Positions 50,971-60,193 of a DNA stretch of 64,000 nt are shown here, piece after piece. This DNA comes from an uncultured bacterium. GTDB taxonomy: Bacteria > B130-G9. The stretch's first letter is position 1, and every line of letters begins with the position of its first letter. The stretch spans positions 1 through 64,000 of the forward strand of contig CBDVDH010000011.1 in NCBI GenBank assembly GCA_965372715.1, written 5' to 3'. Both the position numbers and the translations under genes were made by a program. The notes below the pieces were generated by a model. It had not been told where the DNA came from, searched no databases, and worked only from the letters and a program-made list of their open reading frames with translations.

Positions 50971-51666
50971 ATGATGAATCGAACAGGTAATGCTCAAGAA
51001 CGAGCGGAACACCCCTCAGAGCTGCGCGGGGGGAATGCTGGAGGCGATCGCCTGCATAGACCAGCGCTTAAGACCGTCTTATTCGTTTTGGTTCTGCTCA
51101 CAGGGATTGCGGTCGCCGGCTATACAGTCTTGAATGGCCAGTGTGGCCTGGCAACAGGCGAACCTACAGGCAGCGATGAGGTGGCCAGCAGCTGCAAGGG
51201 ATGTCCATTGGCGCATGGGCAGTCCGGCAGTCCTGGTAGGGATCCATGTCTGGCGGCGCCCTCTCAAATGAAACCGGGTGGATCACCCTCGAGCAAGGCT
51301 GTCATCTTTTTGCTGCTTGCTGGCGGCGATTCTGAGGCGTCGAACCGCGCCTCGCATGTGCTCGACTCGGTAACCGCGGGGCTACTCGCCGCGAATCGCC
51401 CTGTTCTCTCACTGACTCTTCGAGAGGGAGACAAGGGATACGACCAGATGATCGAACATTTCTCTGTTACTTCCCTACCGTGCGTCATCACTCTGAGTCA
51501 AGGGTGCCAGTCGTCGGTGGTCAAGACCCCGGACATTGCGGAGAATGTTCTCTGTAGGGCATTCGTCAAGGCCATTGGGGATTGCGGAACAGACTCCACC
51601 GGTCAGAGCAGTCCCGCGTGCGGCGCCACATCCCTGAGCAGTCCGCAAGCGCCCAAGGGCAGATAG
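50971..51666 (+). CDS. Paralogue of the 49392 protein (membrane-anchored, Cys-containing)
   Basis: One TM helix, CKGC, AVIFLLL...TL...Y.Q....FSV..LPCV and AFVKA align with the 49392 protein. Confidence 0.65.
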   Translation: MMNRTGNAQERAEHPSELRGGNAGGDRLHRPALKTVLFVLVLLTGIAVAGYTVLNGQCGLATGEPTGSDEVASSCKGCPLAHGQSGSPGRDPCLAAPSQMKPGGSPSSKAVIFLLLAGGDSEASNRASHVLDSVTAGLLAANRPVLSLTLREGDKGYDQMIEHFSVTSLPCVITLSQGCQSSVVKTPDIAENVLCRAFVKAIGDCGTDSTGQSSPACGATSLSSPQAPKGR

Positions 51667-51791
51667 AACAGTGATGCAAGCTTGAATTGGTCAGACTCTC
51701 TCTGCGTCGAGCGTGAGCCTGGCGGTTCTACCTGCCACTAAGAGATTGACCTGATTCTCAAGTTGTCGGATGAGAACGATAAGAGACCAAA

Positions 51792-52985
51792 ATGAGCGAG
51801 GAGCAAACAGACGAGACCGTTGAGCCGGCGCGCAATAGGGCTACGACCGAGGATGATCCGGGAGCGAAGCCATCCTCTGGCACCGTTTGTTGCTGCACGG
51901 CGCTGGGTGCGCCGGGAAGAGGCGGATCCTACAAGGAGAAGCCACATTGGATGAAAGGCTCAGCTCAAACGGTCGTTGGCGACGTGCCGCAAGTGTCAAC
52001 ACGGCTGCAATTTAGAGACCATCTCGGCGCCTTTGTGAAGAGGCTCGCCATTCGCCGGATGCATTATAGAGTAAAGCCGGGACTGTATGCCGTCGGCAAT
52101 CCCGGACCCGAGTCGCTAGTGTTCGTCTCCGCGAACTACAAGATGAGCTTCGACCGACTGCGCTCTGAGCTTGGGGGCCTCGACGCCTGGATAGTGGTGC
52201 TCGACACAAAGGGCATCAACGTTTGGTGTGCGGCTGGCAAGGGCACTTTCGGCACGGATGAGCTCGTCAATCGCCTCGAGCAAACGCGGCTGCCTGAGAT
52301 CGTGTCGCAGCGCAAACTCATTGTGCCCCAGCTCGGCGCGACCGGCGTCTGCGGGCACGAAGTGAGGCGCCGCACGGGCTTTTCTGTGGTCTTTGGGCCC
52401 GTGCGAGCCCACGACATACCAGCGTTTCTTGAAGCGGGGATGACCGCTACACCGGAAATGAGGCGCGTGAGATTCGCTCTTCGTGATCGCCTGGTTCTGG
52501 TCCCAACTGAGCTCATGATTTTTGCCAAATTTGTCATTTTGATCGCGGTTATCCGCTTCCTCGTGGCAGGGCTTGGCCCCGGACTATTCTCAATCGATCG
52601 AGCCCTTTCCATTGGCCTCGGCTCTACCATGCTGAAGTGCGGCGCGCTCTTGGCAGCCTTGGCCATAACTCCGATCTTACTGCCGTGGCTCCCTGGCCGT
52701 GCATTCGCGCTTAAGGGGGCCTGGGTTGGCTTGGCCATGGCGCTGGTAGTGAATGGATATGAATTGGCCCGGCCCGGGCACTTCGATAGCTGGCTGACCG
52801 GCGTCGCATTGCTGTTTCTCATGCCCGCTGCTGTGAGCTTCTGCGCCATGCTCTTCACCGGCGCCTCAACCTACACTTCGTTTTCAGGGGTGAGGCGCGA
52901 GATGAGAATAGCTGTGCCGATCCAGCTTACGGCAGCCGTCTTGGGCGTCGCATTACTTGTGGCGAAGAACCTCTTGGAAACATGA
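51792..52985 (+). CDS. hgcA: Mercury methylation corrinoid protein HgcA
   Basis: PGLYAVG, ANYKMSFD, cap helix GINVWCAAGKGTFG, PQLGATG, C-terminal TM domain and FTGASTYTS.SGV..EM. Confidence 0.96.
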   Translation: MSEEQTDETVEPARNRATTEDDPGAKPSSGTVCCCTALGAPGRGGSYKEKPHWMKGSAQTVVGDVPQVSTRLQFRDHLGAFVKRLAIRRMHYRVKPGLYAVGNPGPESLVFVSANYKMSFDRLRSELGGLDAWIVVLDTKGINVWCAAGKGTFGTDELVNRLEQTRLPEIVSQRKLIVPQLGATGVCGHEVRRRTGFSVVFGPVRAHDIPAFLEAGMTATPEMRRVRFALRDRLVLVPTELMIFAKFVILIAVIRFLVAGLGPGLFSIDRALSIGLGSTMLKCGALLAALAITPILLPWLPGRAFALKGAWVGLAMALVVNGYELARPGHFDSWLTGVALLFLMPAAVSFCAMLFTGASTYTSFSGVRREMRIAVPIQLTAAVLGVALLVAKNLLET

Positions 52986-53006
52986 CACTGTCTGTCGAGG
53001 ACGAAG

Positions 53007-53294
53007 ATGAAGAAACATCGCTATCTCGTTAACGTTGTGTCGCTGTCTTTGGACGCCGAGAAATGTGTCGGATGCGGGACCTGCATGCAGGTCTGCCCGC
53101 GCGAGGTTTTCGCCATAGAGGGCGGCAAGGCCGCTATACTCGATCGGGACGCCTGCATGGAATGCGGGGCCTGCGCGCTGAACTGTCCGGTCGAGGCGCT
53201 CTCCGTCGATGCCGGCGTAGGCTGCGCGTACGCGATAATCGTGGGCGCCTTACTGCGCAGAGACCCCTCATGTGGCTGCTGCGGCGGCGAATAG
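53007..53294 (+). CDS. hgcB: Mercury methylation ferredoxin HgcB
   Basis: Two CxxCxxCxxxCP motifs (CMECGACALNCP), GVGCA and C-terminal CGCC. Directly after hgcA. Confidence 0.95.
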   Translation: MKKHRYLVNVVSLSLDAEKCVGCGTCMQVCPREVFAIEGGKAAILDRDACMECGACALNCPVEALSVDAGVGCAYAIIVGALLRRDPSCGCCGGE

Positions 53295-53299
53295 AGCAC

Positions 53300-53806
53300 T
53301 TCGTGTCGCTTCGTTGATTTCATCGCGCTCGAAAGCTCTGCCTCGGCGGCATCGCTCAGGCGTCGTCCTGACCTGGGCGACCGGCGCGGAGATCGATAAC
53401 GCTGGCTTTGTCCTTTTCGCTCTATGGACATCACTACAAGCTGCGAGACGCGGGCGTTCTGCTTTATTCTGATACCAACCGGGGGCACGAGGAGCAGGAC
53501 GATGACGAGGGGCCAGTGCACGCGGTTCGGACCACGGAGGGCTTCTGGACGAGCAAGTTCGAGGTGACGTAGGCGCGGTATGAGCGTATGGTGGGTAAGA
53601 ATCCGTCCAATTTTAGGGGGCGCAGTCGTCCTGTTGAAGAAGTGTCGTGGGATGATGCTGTCGAGTTCTGTCGCAAGCTTTCTCCTCAAACCGGCGCCAT
53701 GTATCGGTTGCTGACTGAGGTAGCGTGGGAGTATGCTTGTCGGGCAGGAACGACGACGCGGTTGTATTGGGGTGACAGAGGAATTCAATGCCGGGTCGAG
53801 AGATAG
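53300..53806 (+). pseudogene. Decayed fragments: WETGAE-domain piece followed by an FGE-sulfatase (C-type-lectin-fold) piece
   Basis: VVLTWATGAEIDNAGFVLF, then [31 protein letters not shown]...[14 protein letters not shown]...EYACRAGT with an in-frame TAG and truncation. Confidence 0.7.
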
Positions 53807-53836
53807 TTCATTCGTATTTGGAGGAGGTGATGCCCG

Positions 53837-54280
53837 GTGGGCTTGACCAAAGTAACAACCAGGTTAACCAGCTTTACCAATCCCGAGAAGTTCTATGAGG
53901 AGGTCTTCCTTGTGGATACGGGAGTAACCGACTGCATGGCCCCGGCAGATGAGTTGGACAAGCTCGGCCTCGAGAGGGTTGGCAAGATGTCCTACGAGCT
54001 CGCAAACGGTAAGGTTGAGGAATACTTCTTTGGCCAGGCAAGAATCGAGTTCATGGGCGAAACAACCGCAGGCAGGATTGTATTCGGGGAACACGGCTCA
54101 GAACCGCTTCTCGGCGTTACAGCTCTTGAGTCTGTCGGTATCATTGTTGACCCGGCAAATAAGACGCTGGTGCGCCTCCCCGCGATTCCGCTGAAGTATT
54201 GCCGGGAGAGGATCATTATTGGAGACGGTCGGGGCCTGCGCGCTCTGCCTCCCAGTTGCGATAAGAACAGAGATGGCTGA
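53837..54280 (+). CDS. Clan AA aspartyl protease-like protein
   Basis: FLVDTG, LANG and EPLLGVTALE motifs. GGAGG RBS. Confidence 0.8.
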   Translation: MGLTKVTTRLTSFTNPEKFYEEVFLVDTGVTDCMAPADELDKLGLERVGKMSYELANGKVEEYFFGQARIEFMGETTAGRIVFGEHGSEPLLGVTALESVGIIVDPANKTLVRLPAIPLKYCRERIIIGDGRGLRALPPSCDKNRDG

Positions 54281-54485
54281 AGAGAGGCTTCCGAGGTTGG
54301 ACAGGTCCGCGTTTTCCGTGGTACCTTTGGAGGAGGCGGACGACGATTTGGAATACTGGCTAGGCAAGACGCCTGAGGAGCGCCTGTCTGCCGTTGAGGT
54401 CAACAGATGGTTGGTTTATGGCTACGATAGAGCTACATCGCGACTTCAGAGAGTTCTTGAGGTTGCTGAGCTCGAACGGGACTAG
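54273..54485 (+). CDS. Small protein, possible antitoxin partner
   Basis: YWLGKTPEERL..VE...RLQRVLEV. Overlaps the nucleotidyltransferase gene. Confidence 0.6.
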   Translation: MAEERLPRLDRSAFSVVPLEEADDDLEYWLGKTPEERLSAVEVNRWLVYGYDRATSRLQRVLEVAELERD

Positions 54486-54867
54486 ATATCTCCTCGTCGG
54501 TGGGCACGCCGTCGGATACTATGGTCATCCGCGTGCCACGGGAGACATGGACATCTGGATCGCCGTGGACGAGGAGAACGCTAGGAGGGTCGCCCGGACT
54601 GTCCGGGAATTCGGAATGCCGGCTAATCAGGCAAAGGAATCGCTGTTCATGGAATCCGGAAAGGTGATTCGGATGGGAGTGCCGCCTGTTCGGATCGAGT
54701 TGCTGACTGGAGTTTCTGGTGTGGAGTTCGACGACTGCTTCGAGCAACGAGAGATTGTAGAGATCGACGGGGTCCCCATCAATATCATCTCTCTGGCGAT
54801 GCTCAAGAGGAACAAGAAGGCAAGCGGCCGGTTGAGGGATTTGGAGGACCTACGGCATCTGCAATGA
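54418..54867 (+). CDS. Nucleotidyltransferase-family protein
   Basis: YLLVGGHAV..YG.PRATGDMDIW and NKKASGR.RD..DL. Confidence 0.8.
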   Translation: MATIELHRDFREFLRLLSSNGTRYLLVGGHAVGYYGHPRATGDMDIWIAVDEENARRVARTVREFGMPANQAKESLFMESGKVIRMGVPPVRIELLTGVSGVEFDDCFEQREIVEIDGVPINIISLAMLKRNKKASGRLRDLEDLRHLQ

Positions 54868-55261
54868 CAATCCAGGCGTGTCCGAAGCCGCCGTGTATTC
54901 CCGTGCCTAGGGTCTGCCGGGGGCGCAAGAGGAGAACATATAGGAGTCCTGGCGGCGCCTCTATATAGCCCTCAAACTCGTAGAGCAACCCAATCGTTGG
55001 GACTTCGGCGGCCTGGCTCAACTTATGGTCTCGGACCATCAGCTTTTCCCCCCAGAGACATTAGTTCGCATACAGTTTTTCCTAGATATTGTGCAGCCCC
55101 TTCAGGGCTGACAGGTGATTTTGCCGCCTCTGATCCGCAGGTTAAAACCTACGGCTACTCACCTTGCTCCCTTTCAGGGAACTGAAGGATTCCAGCCTTG
55201 AACTGCCAACGGTCAACCGGCAATGGCATTCGCCGCGCGGCGAACGCCCTACACTGCCAAC

Positions 55262-55795
55262 TTAGCTGGCCTGCTCGTAACCGCGTTTGGCGGCGGCGAG
55301 GTTCAGTTCCAGGAACTGCTTTTTCTTGGCGAAGTTCTCCTCAATCACGCCCAGGACCGTGTCGAACTTGACGACTTTGGTCAGTGCGACATAAGCACCG
55401 AGCGCGACCATGTTGGCCGCCTTGCCGTTGCCCAGTTTGAGGGCGATCTCATTCGCTGGGACGGTCTCGATCCGAATGTCGGTTCTGTCCGAAGTCGTAT
55501 CAATCAGCGATCGATTGATGAGCAGAAGCCCGTTTGGGCTGACCCTTGGGCCGAATTTGGCCAACGAGGGCTTGTTCATGACGACAACGGTGTTAGGGTA
55601 ATCGATGATCGGGGAACCGATGGGGTCCTCGGACACAATGACTGTGCAATTGCACGTGCCGCCGCGCATCTCAGGTCCGTAAGAGGGTATCCAGACGACT
55701 TCCTTGCCCTCTTTTAGCCCTGAAAGCGCCAAGAACTTCCCGAACAGGAGAACGCCCTGCCCGCCAAAACCCGCTACTATTAACTCTGTAGTCAT
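55262..55795 (-). CDS. 2-oxoacid:ferredoxin oxidoreductase gamma subunit
   Basis: AGFGGQG, PSYGPEMRGG and ANMVALGA. Confidence 0.93.
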   Translation of the reverse strand: MTTELIVAGFGGQGVLLFGKFLALSGLKEGKEVVWIPSYGPEMRGGTCNCTVIVSEDPIGSPIIDYPNTVVVMNKPSLAKFGPRVSPNGLLLINRSLIDTTSDRTDIRIETVPANEIALKLGNGKAANMVALGAYVALTKVVKFDTVLGVIEENFAKKKQFLELNLAAAKRGYEQAS

Positions 55796-55849
55796 TCTAA
55801 TCCCACCATACAATTACTTGTTGATTTCGTACTCTACAGAAACTCGGCA

Positions 55850-56608
55850 TCAAGACTTGACCTCATCGCCGTTAGGTGACTTGAAGACGCCCAACGGGAA
55901 GTAAGGAACCATGTCCTTTGCCACCCTCTCCTGGGCCTGCTTCGGCGTCATGCCCCAGTTCGTTGGGCACGTCGAGAGCACCTCGACGAATGTGAAGCAT
56001 CTGTTTGCCACCTGAAGCTCAAACGCTTTCTTGATCATCTTTTTTGTCTTGATGATCTCCTTCGTGGAATGTGCCGAGGTTCTGGCGATAAACCCATCCG
56101 TCTTGAGGCTCGAGAGGATCTCACACATCCGGATTGGCCAGCCGATGTGCTCAACATCCCTGCCATAAGGCGACGTTGTGGTCACCTGACCCGGCATCGT
56201 AGTAGGCGCCATTTGCCCGCCTGTCATCCCATAGACTGTGTTGTTGATGAAGATCACTGTGATCTTCTCGCCTCGATTGCAGGAGTGCACAATCTCGGCC
56301 ATCCCGATCGAGGCCAGGTCGCCGTCGCCCTGATACGCAAAGATGATCAGGTCCGGTCGTGCCCTCTTGGCGCCTGTCGCAACCGCTGGAGCGCGGCCAT
56401 GAGACGCCTCAAAGAAATCAGTGTTGAAGTAGTTGTAGGCCAAGACCGAGCAGCCGACCGGCGCGATGCCAACGGTGCGCTCCTGAATCCCGAGCTCGTC
56501 GATGCACTCCGCAATGATCCTGTGGACTATCCCATGAGAACAGCCCGGGCAGTAATGTGTAACCACGTCCGCAAGTGCTTTTGGCCTCTTGAAAACGACC
56601 TTCCTCAT
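55850..56608 (-). CDS. 2-oxoacid:ferredoxin oxidoreductase beta (TPP-binding) subunit
   Basis: HYCPGCSHG, YQGDGD, YGMTGGQ and STCPTNW. Confidence 0.93.
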   Translation of the reverse strand: MRKVVFKRPKALADVVTHYCPGCSHGIVHRIIAECIDELGIQERTVGIAPVGCSVLAYNYFNTDFFEASHGRAPAVATGAKRARPDLIIFAYQGDGDLASIGMAEIVHSCNRGEKITVIFINNTVYGMTGGQMAPTTMPGQVTTTSPYGRDVEHIGWPIRMCEILSSLKTDGFIARTSAHSTKEIIKTKKMIKKAFELQVANRCFTFVEVLSTCPTNWGMTPKQAQERVAKDMVPYFPLGVFKSPNGDEVKS

Positions 56609-57681
56609 CTTTTGTCCACCTCCTCACCCTTCACAATCTTTTCAATCTGCTTGATGATCTCGTCAGGCGTCGGGATTATCCCGCCGGTCCGGCCGTAGAA
56701 GTGGACCGGCCTTGTCCCCTCGAGCGCTATCTTCACATCGTCAACCATCTGCCCGGTTGACATCTCTATGCAGAAGACCGATTTGGCCTCTTGAGCCGCA
56801 TCGTAAAGCTGCTTACATGGGAACGGGAAGAGGGTTATGGGCCTGAACAGACCTACCGAAATCCCCTCCTTCTTGAGCATCTCTATCACAGTCTTGCATA
56901 TCCTGGCCATCGAACCGTAGGCGGCAATCAGAACGTCATACTTGCCGTCGCAGTTGAACAGCTCCCAGCGGAGCTCGTCCCTGGCCATCGCCTCGTATTT
57001 TGCCTTTAGCTCCCAGCTGTTCGCCTCGAGCTTCAACGGGTCGAGATAGAGCGAGTTTATGATGCTTCGCTCTCTGTCGCCCTTGTAGCCCGTTGCCGCC
57101 CAGGTCTTCGGCGGCAGCTTGACCTCTTTCTTCTCCTTGAACTCAACCGGTTCCATCATCTGGCCGATCATCCCGTCGCCTATGACCATCACAGGGTTCC
57201 GATACTTGTCGGCCAGGTCGAAGGCGTCCATGATCAGGTCGGCCGCCTCCTGAACCGACGCTGGCGCAAGAACCAGTATTCTAAAATCGCCGTGGCCTAG
57301 TCCCCTCGTGGCCTGCCAATAGTCCGACTGTGCTGGCAAAATGCCGCCGAGTCCGGGGCCGCCACGGACGATGTTGACAACGACAACAGGAAGCTGGGCC
57401 CCCGCTATGTAGGACAAGCCCTCCGACATCAGACTGATGCCAGGGCCGGAGGACGACGTGAAAACTCGCTCGCCAACACCCGCCGCCCCATACAGCATGT
57501 TGCTCGCAGCGACCTCGCTCTCGGCCTGAAGGTAGCAACCTCCGACCTGGGGAAGCCGTCGCGAAAGGTATTCGGGTATCTCATTCTGCGGCGTAATCGG
57601 ATACCCAAAGAAGAGCGTGCAGCCGGCCATTATCGCCGCCTCTGCAAGCGCCTCGTTTCCTTTCATCAAGATTTTAGCCAT
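56605..57681 (-). CDS. vorB: 2-oxoacid (ketoisovalerate-type) :ferredoxin oxidoreductase alpha subunit
   Basis: MKGNEA, GYPITPQ, QAESE, TSSSGPG and RGGPGLG. Confidence 0.9.
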   Translation of the reverse strand: MAKILMKGNEALAEAAIMAGCTLFFGYPITPQNEIPEYLSRRLPQVGGCYLQAESEVAASNMLYGAAGVGERVFTSSSGPGISLMSEGLSYIAGAQLPVVVVNIVRGGPGLGGILPAQSDYWQATRGLGHGDFRILVLAPASVQEAADLIMDAFDLADKYRNPVMVIGDGMIGQMMEPVEFKEKKEVKLPPKTWAATGYKGDRERSIINSLYLDPLKLEANSWELKAKYEAMARDELRWELFNCDGKYDVLIAAYGSMARICKTVIEMLKKEGISVGLFRPITLFPFPCKQLYDAAQEAKSVFCIEMSTGQMVDDVKIALEGTRPVHFYGRTGGIIPTPDEIIKQIEKIVKGEEVDKR

Positions 57682-57744
57682 ATAGCCAACCCCTTCTGTT
57701 CTTGAGGGTTTACTGTGAAATCAAGAATTCGCAGGTTTTCGTGC

Positions 57745-57966
57745 CTATTTATACACCTCTATGGCCACGTCCGGGCAGGAAATCGCGCACATACCGCAAC
57801 CAATGCAATCCTCCGGACGAACCGCCTCGGCGTAGAAGTAGCCCTTCGAGTTTATCTTGGTGGACATTGCCAAGACATCCTTCGGGCAGGCCCCAATACA
57901 CAACTCACAACCCTTGCAGCCCTCTTTGTCAATCTCTACACGTCCGATCGCTTTAACTTCTGGCAT
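57745..57966 (-). CDS. 2[4Fe-4S] ferredoxin (delta subunit)
   Basis: CKGCELCIGACP and CIGCGMCAISCP. Confidence 0.92.
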   Translation of the reverse strand: MPEVKAIGRVEIDKEGCKGCELCIGACPKDVLAMSTKINSKGYFYAEAVRPEDCIGCGMCAISCPDVAIEVYK

Positions 57967-58693
57967 CGCTCCCTCTCTTCGATATGGCTGCGTCTGGTCC
58001 CGTCATCTCCCAGGGCAGCAAAACGTATCTCTCCATGGCAAAAACCGGCGTGGATAATTCAGCAGCGTCCAGCCTCTCCGCTACCGATTTCTCCGCAGAA
58101 ATGAACCTTACATCAACACCGAGCCGCCTGGCAAGACGCTCAGCGACTTTGTAGCCTTTAAGCACCATCTCCGGCGTTGTCTCCCGCAGAAGGTGAGTGT
58201 TGGAAACAACCCCAGTAACTCGCAGATTAGATGCGTCCTCTATTCTATGCAAAACGCACTCGCTGCCATCCGTATCTCCTGTAAAGGGCCGATTCGCGTT
58301 GACTACCGCGAGCAGATCGTAATCGATTTCGTCTGCCTCATCGAACAACGAGGCGAGGACCCGGCTGCCGGCCGCCTCGCCTCCGACGTCAAGGACTACG
58401 CTGGCGCCCTCGTCGTGTATGGCGCCCGCTATGCCCGGGAGAATAATCGGAAGGTCGGCCCAGGCCTGCTCGCCCACGGGCGCTATGAGCTCGATGTCCG
58501 CGCTGCTGAGAATCTCGGACGCCTCTCTGCTCCTAAAATACGGGTTCACAATGTCGAGGTCGGCTATCTTGACCCGCTCATTATAGCCTCTCAAAGCAAG
58601 GGCAAAGTTCAACGAGACCTCCGTCTTACCGCTCCCATAGTCACCGACGAAGATGGTCAATCTTTTTGTGCGAAAACGAATGGTCCGCTCCAT
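57953..58693 (-). CDS. P-loop ATP-binding protein heading the oxidoreductase operon
   Basis: GDYGSGKT, DLDIVNPYFRSR and DVGG. Confidence 0.85.
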   Translation of the reverse strand: MERTIRFRTKRLTIFVGDYGSGKTEVSLNFALALRGYNERVKIADLDIVNPYFRSREASEILSSADIELIAPVGEQAWADLPIILPGIAGAIHDEGASVVLDVGGEAAGSRVLASLFDEADEIDYDLLAVVNANRPFTGDTDGSECVLHRIEDASNLRVTGVVSNTHLLRETTPEMVLKGYKVAERLARRLGVDVRFISAEKSVAERLDAAELSTPVFAMERYVLLPWEMTGPDAAISKRGSDARS

Positions 58694-58829
58694 CAATTCC
58701 AACTATACATAATTCAGCAGGAAGGGCAAATACTTTTGTATGAGATAGCTGATCTGCTGTTATCTCCGAAGGAATCCTTGAAGAAAGCGAGTGTTACCTA
58801 TGAATGTTCAGACTGCGAAACCCAATAGA

Positions 58830-59420
58830 TCATCTCCCGCGGTCGCCGCGCCGCCGGTCCCGAAACAGCATGAACCTGACGATGAGGTCAGCGGCCTTCC
58901 GAATTAAAACCGCCAACAACTTGTCGAGGAGAACCATCGGCCGTCCGACGAGGTAGGATGGATTCATGGACGCTAGAACCGCTCTTGAGAACGGCACGAA
59001 ACCTACGTTCGGGATATGGGCGAGGCGCCTCAAAGAGCGCACGAGGCACGCCAGCGCAATAGCCCTGACGCCGACTCGCACTGCTTTCTCTTTTTGCAGC
59101 AGGACGCATAGGGCGTAGCGTTCTACTCGCAGTTGCCTGACAAGCGACGGACTTAGGGCGAAGCTGACGGCGCCGACCCGCCGGGCAGTGATGATTCTCT
59201 GCACTCTATCAAGGCCTTCAAGGCCTCTTGCGATGTCATGCTGCGCGCAGAGCGTGATCGATACATCGGGCACGAGGCGCAGAGTGTCTGCAATTGCCTC
59301 TCGAAGGTGATCGATGTCCGAGGTCAATAGTATCAACGCTTTTGACAACTGCCCCCGCCCTTCTGTTGAGAAAAAATCATATTGTGGCCGTAGTAGCCTC
59401 GCCAATTGCGCCAAATGCGC
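58830..59420 (-). CDS. Hypothetical protein (start uncertain)
   Basis: Open frame. The upstream extension in the ORF track runs into a REP element. Confidence 0.4.
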   Translation of the reverse strand, partial: AHLAQLARLLRPQYDFFSTEGRGQLSKALILLTSDIDHLREAIADTLRLVPDVSITLCAQHDIARGLEGLDRVQRIITARRVGAVSFALSPSLVRQLRVERYALCVLLQKEKAVRVGVRAIALACLVRSLRRLAHIPNVGFVPFSRAVLASMNPSYLVGRPMVLLDKLLAVLIRKAADLIVRFMLFRDRRRGDRGR

Positions 59421-59524
59421 CAACGCATCTATTATACTATAGCACGCGCTATAGCACGCGGCCGGACTTGTGTAGCGCAGGAGTCTCACCCAATAATCAC
59501 ATTGACGGAAGCTCGTTCTGGCTT

Positions 59525-59693
59525 TTTGGACTGCGGCGGCTTGACGCCGCTTTCTTTTTGGTGGTGGCCTGACACCACGCTCTGATAGACATCTATTGTG
59601 AACTTGGGGGCCGCGATCCGGAGAATAGGGCTTCCTCCAACAGTGTTCATGCCGCGGCAAGTCAAAGCGGCGTCAAGCCGCCGCACTCCAAAA
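59525..59693. repeat. REP inverted doublet (TTGGAGTGCGGCGGCTTGACGCCGCTTT family)
   Basis: Arms at 59525-59553 and 59664-59693. Confidence 0.8.
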
Positions 59694-60193
59694 TCACCCA
59701 ATGGGTGCAACTCGCAGACGGACCCCTGTCAAACACATCACCTTTAGAACGGGCGGTGTCTCAGACCTCGCCCCTACGCAACTGCAACGACTTATGACCC
59801 AGCCTCAGAAGGCCTGCCCCACACCGATTGAGAGTCACCGCCTCGGATTATTCCGGTTACCGGTTATGTGGCCTCAGTCACAATGACTGTAAAATGAAGT
59901 GCGCTTTGAGCACAGGAGTGCCCGCGGCAAGCTGCAACAGATTCGCGATGGACGGGATTGGACCTCTATAAGCGGGCGCAGTATCCGCTCCCCTTTTCTC
60001 CTCTTCGCCGTTTGCCCCGCGGGGAACTTTTCTAGTGGTGTTGACGAAAAGCCAACGATGTTGCTATATTATGCTGGAGTTGATTTTGTGACTCAGATTC
60101 GGATACTGAGAGAGGTTTTTGTCGCGAACGACAATGGCAAGATTCGCGGGCGACTGTCAATAAATAAGGATATTATCCACCGGAGGGATATGA

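Noticed and set aside
53568-53572. In-frame TAG as stop-codon recoding (pyrrolysine or alternative code)
   Set aside because: It sits in an otherwise decayed fragment at a usual Gln position (CAG>TAG). Many intact genes here end in TAG.
53480-53806. FGE-sulfatase/C-type-lectin fragment as a diversity-generating retroelement target
   Set aside because: No reverse transcriptase and no TR/VR pair with adenine-specific mismatches in the window. The fragment lacks the C-terminal variable region.
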